The notes beneath the pieces were generated by a model. It saw only the letters and a program-made list of their open reading frames with translations. It was not told the origin of the DNA and ran no database searches. Shown here in pieces: positions 33,163 to 38,761 of a stretch of 38,761 nt of DNA. Position 1 is the stretch's first letter, and every line of letters starts with the position of its first letter. Made by a program: the position numbers and the translations under genes. The DNA comes from Candidatus Nanopelagicales bacterium (GTDB lineage: Bacteria; Actinomycetota; Actinomycetes; S36-B12), in NCBI GenBank assembly GCA_049317345.1, contig JBMOIL010000003.1:1-38761 (forward strand), given 5' to 3'.

Positions 33163-34710
33163 CTAAAGCCGAAGCCGACCCATTGTGCCCACCGCCGTGG
33201 CCAGGAATTGGCCCCATCGTTGCGCGTCGAGGCCGAGTTGGGGGCCGAAGCCAAGAAGTCGCTGCGTGGCGATCGCCTGGGGCTCCGTGTAGTTGAGCAG
33301 CCCGCCCGCCCCGTGCCGGTGCCCGAGGCCGGAGTCCCCGACGCCGCCCATGGCCGCAGCAGTGGACCCCCAGGACGCGGCGTAGCCCTCATTGACGTTG
33401 ACCGAGCCCGTGCGCAGGCGCCGGGCTAGGCGCCTGCCCGCACGCAGGTCGCGCGTGAGAATGGAGGCATTGAGCCCGTACACGGTGTCATTGGCCCGGC
33501 GTACGGCCTCTTCGTCGTCATGCACGGGATAGACGGCTGCAACGGGACCGAAGGTCTCCTCGCGACACAGCGTCATCGATTCAGTGACGTCGGCGAGCAC
33601 GGTCGGCTCGAAGGCAAGTGGTCCGATGTCGGGGCGAGCCCTGCCGCCAGCGAGGACGGTGGCGCCTCGGGCAACCGCATCATCGACATGGGTCTTGACA
33701 CGCTCGAGATGCACAGGAGAGACGAGGCAGCCGATGTCCCCCTGCCACCCTGGCCCGGACGCGATGCTCATGGACAGCACTCGTGGGATGAAGTGCGCGA
33801 TGAACGCGTCGTAGACATCGACGTTGACGTAGATGCGCTCCATCGAAATGCACAGTTGGCCGGCGTTGGCGAAGCAGGCGCGCACCGCTGTCTCGGCAGC
33901 CTTGGCAGGGTCTACGTCGGCACGCACAATCATGGCGTTTTTGCCGCCGAGTTCGAGCGTGCACTCGATGAGCCTCTTTGCGCACCTTTCGGCCACGATC
34001 CGACCGGTCGCCGTGGAGCCGGTGAACATCACGTGGTCGACAGCATCGATGATGAGTGGGCCGGCCACGGGACCCTCACCCGGCACGATGGCCATGAGCC
34101 CGTCGGGCAGACCGGCAAGGAGCATCTGCTCGAGCACCCACGCTGCCACCAGGGTCGTCTGCGGATCAGGCTTGAGGAGGACGCCGTTGCCCGCGAGCAG
34201 CGCGGGAACAGCGTCACTTGCCGCGAGCGTGAGCGGGTAGTTCCAGGGCGCGATGATGCCCACGAGCCCGACCGGCTTGCGCAATTCCTCGACACCGACG
34301 AGCACGGGCAGTGCGCCGCGCACCCGCCGACTGCGCAGCAACTTCGCGGCCGTGCGCGTGTAGTACTGGGTCACGACAGCGACATCGAGCACTTCCTCGA
34401 GCGCGTCGGCGCGGGACTTGCCCACTTCCCACTGAAGCAAGTCGAGGGCTTCGTCACGCTTGGCGATGACGAGATCGTGGAAGCGACGCATGATCCGCAC
34501 TCGATCGCGCACCGGCCGCTCGGCCCATTCGCGCTGCACGGAGCGAGCCCGCCCCGCCGCACTCTGCACGTCGTACTCGGTGGCGAGAGGCAGGCGGTAG
34601 AGCAACTCGCCCGTGAATGGCGCGTGCACCTCGCGGATGTCGGCATCGGGTGCGACGGCGAGGCGCGAGATCAGGGAAGCGGACGCGGGAGGCGCCGAGA
34701 GTATGGCCAT
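33163..34710 (-). CDS. Aldehyde dehydrogenase, succinate-semialdehyde dehydrogenase (GabD2-like)
   Basis: PWNYP, FTGST, catalytic Glu in LELGGKN, catalytic Cys in AGQLCIS, and EETFGP. Confidence 0.88.
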   Translation of the reverse strand: MAILSAPPASASLISRLAVAPDADIREVHAPFTGELLYRLPLATEYDVQSAAGRARSVQREWAERPVRDRVRIMRRFHDLVIAKRDEALDLLQWEVGKSRADALEEVLDVAVVTQYYTRTAAKLLRSRRVRGALPVLVGVEELRKPVGLVGIIAPWNYPLTLAASDAVPALLAGNGVLLKPDPQTTLVAAWVLEQMLLAGLPDGLMAIVPGEGPVAGPLIIDAVDHVMFTGSTATGRIVAERCAKRLIECTLELGGKNAMIVRADVDPAKAAETAVRACFANAGQLCISMERIYVNVDVYDAFIAHFIPRVLSMSIASGPGWQGDIGCLVSPVHLERVKTHVDDAVARGATVLAGGRARPDIGPLAFEPTVLADVTESMTLCREETFGPVAAVYPVHDDEEAVRRANDTVYGLNASILTRDLRAGRRLARRLRTGSVNVNEGYAASWGSTAAAMGGVGDSGLGHRHGAGGLLNYTEPQAIATQRLLGFGPQLGLDAQRWGQFLATAVGTMGRLRL

Positions 34711-34716
34711 GTGTCC

Positions 34717-34722
34717 AGACTA
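34717..34722 (-). promoter_or_regulatory. -10 hexamer TAGTCT built on the glpD stop codon
   Basis: TANNNT 6 nt before the aldehyde dehydrogenase ATG. Confidence 0.55.
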
Positions 34723-36372
34723 CGCGCGCACAAGGGGGTGCCGGTCGGCGTACGCCGCAATCTCCGAGGCCACGCGGCCCTCGTCCCAGCCGAGATAAGG
34801 CGCGATGAGGGGGGCCACAGCGGCAGCGGCAGCGAGACCGTGATCCGGGGATTCGGGTGTGAGCCGTAGCCGGCGCACGAGGACATCCTCGAGATCGAGG
34901 GCTCCCTGGTGGGTGACCGCAACCACCGCCTCGGCGGCCAAGTGCCTGCCCTCCGGCGGCAGGGGCTCCCGCAGGGTCGGATCGGCAGCCACGGCATCGA
35001 AGACCTCGCTCACGCGCGAGCCGTGGCGGCGAAGCAATCGCTCCACCGTGTCGACCGGCAGGTCCCATCGCTCCGCAAGGCTGGCGCGGTCGGCCCAGAG
35101 GTCGGTGAAACCCACCGCCCCCACCAGCGGGATGTCCGAGGTCGAGGACTCCGCCACGGCCTCGGCGTCGAGATCCGCAACCGCGGCATCCACCGCATCG
35201 GCAGCCATGACGCGGTACGTCGTGTACTTGCCTCCGGCGATGGCCACCAGTCCTGGCACCGGATGGAAGACCATGTGCTCGCGGGACACCTGCGTGGTGG
35301 CCTCCGCCGATTCCTCGGCCACGAGCGGGCGGTATCCGGCGTACGTGTCGATCACATCCTCGCGTCGCAGAGGCCGTGCCAACCAGCGATTGGCCTGTCC
35401 CAGGAGGTAGTCGATCTCCTCTTCGGTCGCTACCGGATCAGCCAGGCTTTGACTCGGCTCGCGCGCAGTGTCGGTCGTCCCCACGATCCAGTTTGCGCCC
35501 CAGGGCAACAGGAAGAGCACGCTCGCAGGAGTACGCGCGATGATCGCGGTCGTCGACCGGATCGCGTCGCCGCGCACGACGAGGTGCACTCCCTTGCTCT
35601 GCTGGACACGCTCAGGCGCCTCACTATCGACCATCCGCAGGACCTCATCGGTCCAGACTCCTGCAGCGGCGATCACCACGCGTGCACGGATGTCGAAGGA
35701 TTCGCCCGTGAGCGCATCCTCGATGCGCACGCCGGTCACGCGTTCGGCATCCCGGAGGAGACGCGTGACCCGTGCACGAGTGAGGATGTGAGCCCCGAAG
35801 GAAGCAGCCGTGCGGGCGACGGCGACCGTGTGGCGAGCGTCATCGATCTGGGCGTCATGGAAGCGGACAGCACCGGCGATCTCCCCCGCATCGAGGTCGG
35901 GCGCAAGCGCCTTGGCCTCGTCGACATTCAGGCTCTTGGGTCGCGGCATGGAACCGCCGTAACTTCCCACGCGGCTGAGGGCGTCGTAGAGACGCACGCC
36001 GGAAGCGACGTAGGGACGCTCCCACCGCCGTCCGACAGGGAAGAGAAACGGGATAGGTCGCACAAGATGCGGCGCCAGTCGGTCGAGCAGGAGCCCGCGC
36101 TCGGTAAGGGCCTCATGGACGAGTGAGAACTCGCGCTGCTCGAGGTAGCGCAGACCACCGTGTGCCAGGCGCGACGAGCGCGATGATGTGCCAGCTGCGA
36201 GATCGCTCTGCTCGACGAGGGCGACGGTGAGTCCGCGTGCTGCCGCATCGAGTGCAGCACCGCTCCCGACGACTCCGCCACCGATGACGATGACGTCAAC
36301 GTCGTGATCGCCTAGGTAGGCGATCGACCGGGCCCGCGAAGCGGTGCCGAGACGATCATCCGCGTCGTTCAC
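34720..36372 (-). CDS. glpD: FAD-dependent glycerol-3-phosphate dehydrogenase/oxidase
   Basis: IGGGVVG, GTSSRSSRLAHGGLRYL, DDAR, KGVH, GTTD, SREH and GGKYTTYR motifs. The start is uncertain (36372 or 36417). Confidence 0.92.
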   Translation of the reverse strand: MNDADDRLGTASRARSIAYLGDHDVDVIVIGGGVVGSGAALDAAARGLTVALVEQSDLAAGTSSRSSRLAHGGLRYLEQREFSLVHEALTERGLLLDRLAPHLVRPIPFLFPVGRRWERPYVASGVRLYDALSRVGSYGGSMPRPKSLNVDEAKALAPDLDAGEIAGAVRFHDAQIDDARHTVAVARTAASFGAHILTRARVTRLLRDAERVTGVRIEDALTGESFDIRARVVIAAAGVWTDEVLRMVDSEAPERVQQSKGVHLVVRGDAIRSTTAIIARTPASVLFLLPWGANWIVGTTDTAREPSQSLADPVATEEEIDYLLGQANRWLARPLRREDVIDTYAGYRPLVAEESAEATTQVSREHMVFHPVPGLVAIAGGKYTTYRVMAADAVDAAVADLDAEAVAESSTSDIPLVGAVGFTDLWADRASLAERWDLPVDTVERLLRRHGSRVSEVFDAVAADPTLREPLPPEGRHLAAEAVVAVTHQGALDLEDVLVRRLRLTPESPDHGLAAAAAVAPLIAPYLGWDEGRVASEIAAYADRHPLVRA

Positions 36373-36413
36373 GACCCCATTGTCCTCCCCCGAGGCCGCC
36401 GAACGCGACTCGA

Positions 36414-37529
36414 TCACTCCGGATCGAGAACGACATCAATGCGCTGGAATTCCTTGAGGTCGCTATAGCCGGTTGTCGCCATGGCCTTGCGCAGTGCGCC
36501 GATGATGTTCGCGGACCCATCAGCGTGAGTGGACGGCCCGCACAGAATCTGCTCAAGCGAGCCCACCACGCCGAGCTCCTTGCGCTCGCCACGCGGCAGA
36601 TGCGCATGCCAGGCCTCTGCACCCCAATGCACACCGTTGCCAGGGGCATCGCTGGCGCGGGCAAGGAGGGAGCCGACCATGGCCGCATCGGCACCGCATG
36701 CAATGGCCTTGACGAGCGCACCCGATGAGCCCACCGAGCCATCGGCGATGACGTGGACGTAGCGACCACCTGACTCATCGAGGTAGTCACGTCGCGCCGC
36801 AGCGACGTCAGCGATGGCACTGGCCATGGGGACGCGAATGCCGAGGACATCCGAAGTGGTGTGGGCGGCGCCGCCACCGAACCCAACGAGCACGCCCGCC
36901 GCGCCCGTGCGCATGAGGTGGAGGGCCGCCTGGTAGGTCGCGCATCCACCGACGATGACGGGGACCTCGAGGTCGTAGATGAAGGTCTTGAGGTTGAGCG
37001 GCGCATGAACCGTCGACACGTGCTCGGCCGACACCGTCGTGCCACGGATCACGAGAATGTCGACGCCGGCGGCTACCGCGACGGGGGCGAGGCGAACGGC
37101 AGCCTGCGGCGACACGCCCACGGCCACAGTGACACCCGCTTCGCGGATCTGCCCCACGCGCTCCACGACGAGACCGTCGTCGATCGCGGCCGCGCCGTAG
37201 ATCGTCTGGAGCAGGGCGGTCGCCTCGTGAGCGGGGGCTCGCCGGATCTGCTCGAGCTGCGGGGCGGGATCGGCGTAGCGCGTCCACAAACCCTCGAGAT
37301 TGAGGACCGCCGGGATCCCTAGGCGCCCCAGCGCGATCGCGCTCTCGGGCGACACGACCGAGTCCATCGGAGCCGCGATCACCGGCGCATCGAAGCGATA
37401 GGCATCGATCTGCCATGCCGTAGACACCTCGTCGGCATCACGGGTACGTCGACTCGGCGCGATAGCGACCTCATCAAGCGAGTAGGCCACCCGGCCGCGC
37501 TTACCGCGACCGATCTCGATCTCTGCCAC
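36414..37529 (-). CDS. guaB3: GuaB3-family IMP dehydrogenase-related protein
   Basis: EIEIGRGK, PSRRTRD, APMDSV, LNLEGLWTRY and ALHLMRTGAAGVLVG motifs. Lacks the catalytic Cys loop. Lies directly after guaB. Confidence 0.92.
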   Translation of the reverse strand: MAEIEIGRGKRGRVAYSLDEVAIAPSRRTRDADEVSTAWQIDAYRFDAPVIAAPMDSVVSPESAIALGRLGIPAVLNLEGLWTRYADPAPQLEQIRRAPAHEATALLQTIYGAAAIDDGLVVERVGQIREAGVTVAVGVSPQAAVRLAPVAVAAGVDILVIRGTTVSAEHVSTVHAPLNLKTFIYDLEVPVIVGGCATYQAALHLMRTGAAGVLVGFGGGAAHTTSDVLGIRVPMASAIADVAAARRDYLDESGGRYVHVIADGSVGSSGALVKAIACGADAAMVGSLLARASDAPGNGVHWGAEAWHAHLPRGERKELGVVGSLEQILCGPSTHADGSANIIGALRKAMATTGYSDLKEFQRIDVVLDPE

Positions 37530-37536
37530 GGCTGTC

Positions 37537-38761
<1,225 letters not shown>

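Overview
High-GC actinobacterial chromosomal segment made mostly of conserved housekeeping genes. In order: sdhA(partial)-sdhB, a D-Ala-D-Ala carboxypeptidase, then a long minus-strand block (2H phosphoesterase, trpS, CNNM/hemolysin, xth, icd, mdh, DUF3017, folD, DMT transporter, purH, purN, RDD, PerM-like, sucD, sucC, stand-alone B12-binding subunit), a lipase, an M23 peptidase, pcrA, a secreted M15-like protein, a PIG-L deacetylase, a membrane protein, guaA, two DUF4190-like genes, a coxS-coxL-coxM molybdenum hydroxylase operon, and choD-gabD-glpD-guaB3-guaB(partial). I found no rRNA, tRNA, CRISPR array, integrase or transposase. Most notable signals: (1) an exact 34-bp duplication of the guaA 3' end with only 17 bp between copies and three copies of GAGTGGGA, resembling an empty genomic-island att scar; (2) an uncharacterised secreted protein with Zn-peptidase M15-like motifs and three C-terminal repeats; (3) a CoxL-like subunit with a variant AIRGAGR active-site loop; (4) a perfect Crp-type site upstream of the M23 gene; (5) pervasive leaderless-type promoters, several built on the upstream gene's TAG stop. 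None of these establishes a new system from sequence alone. All family assignments come from motif recognition, not database searches.
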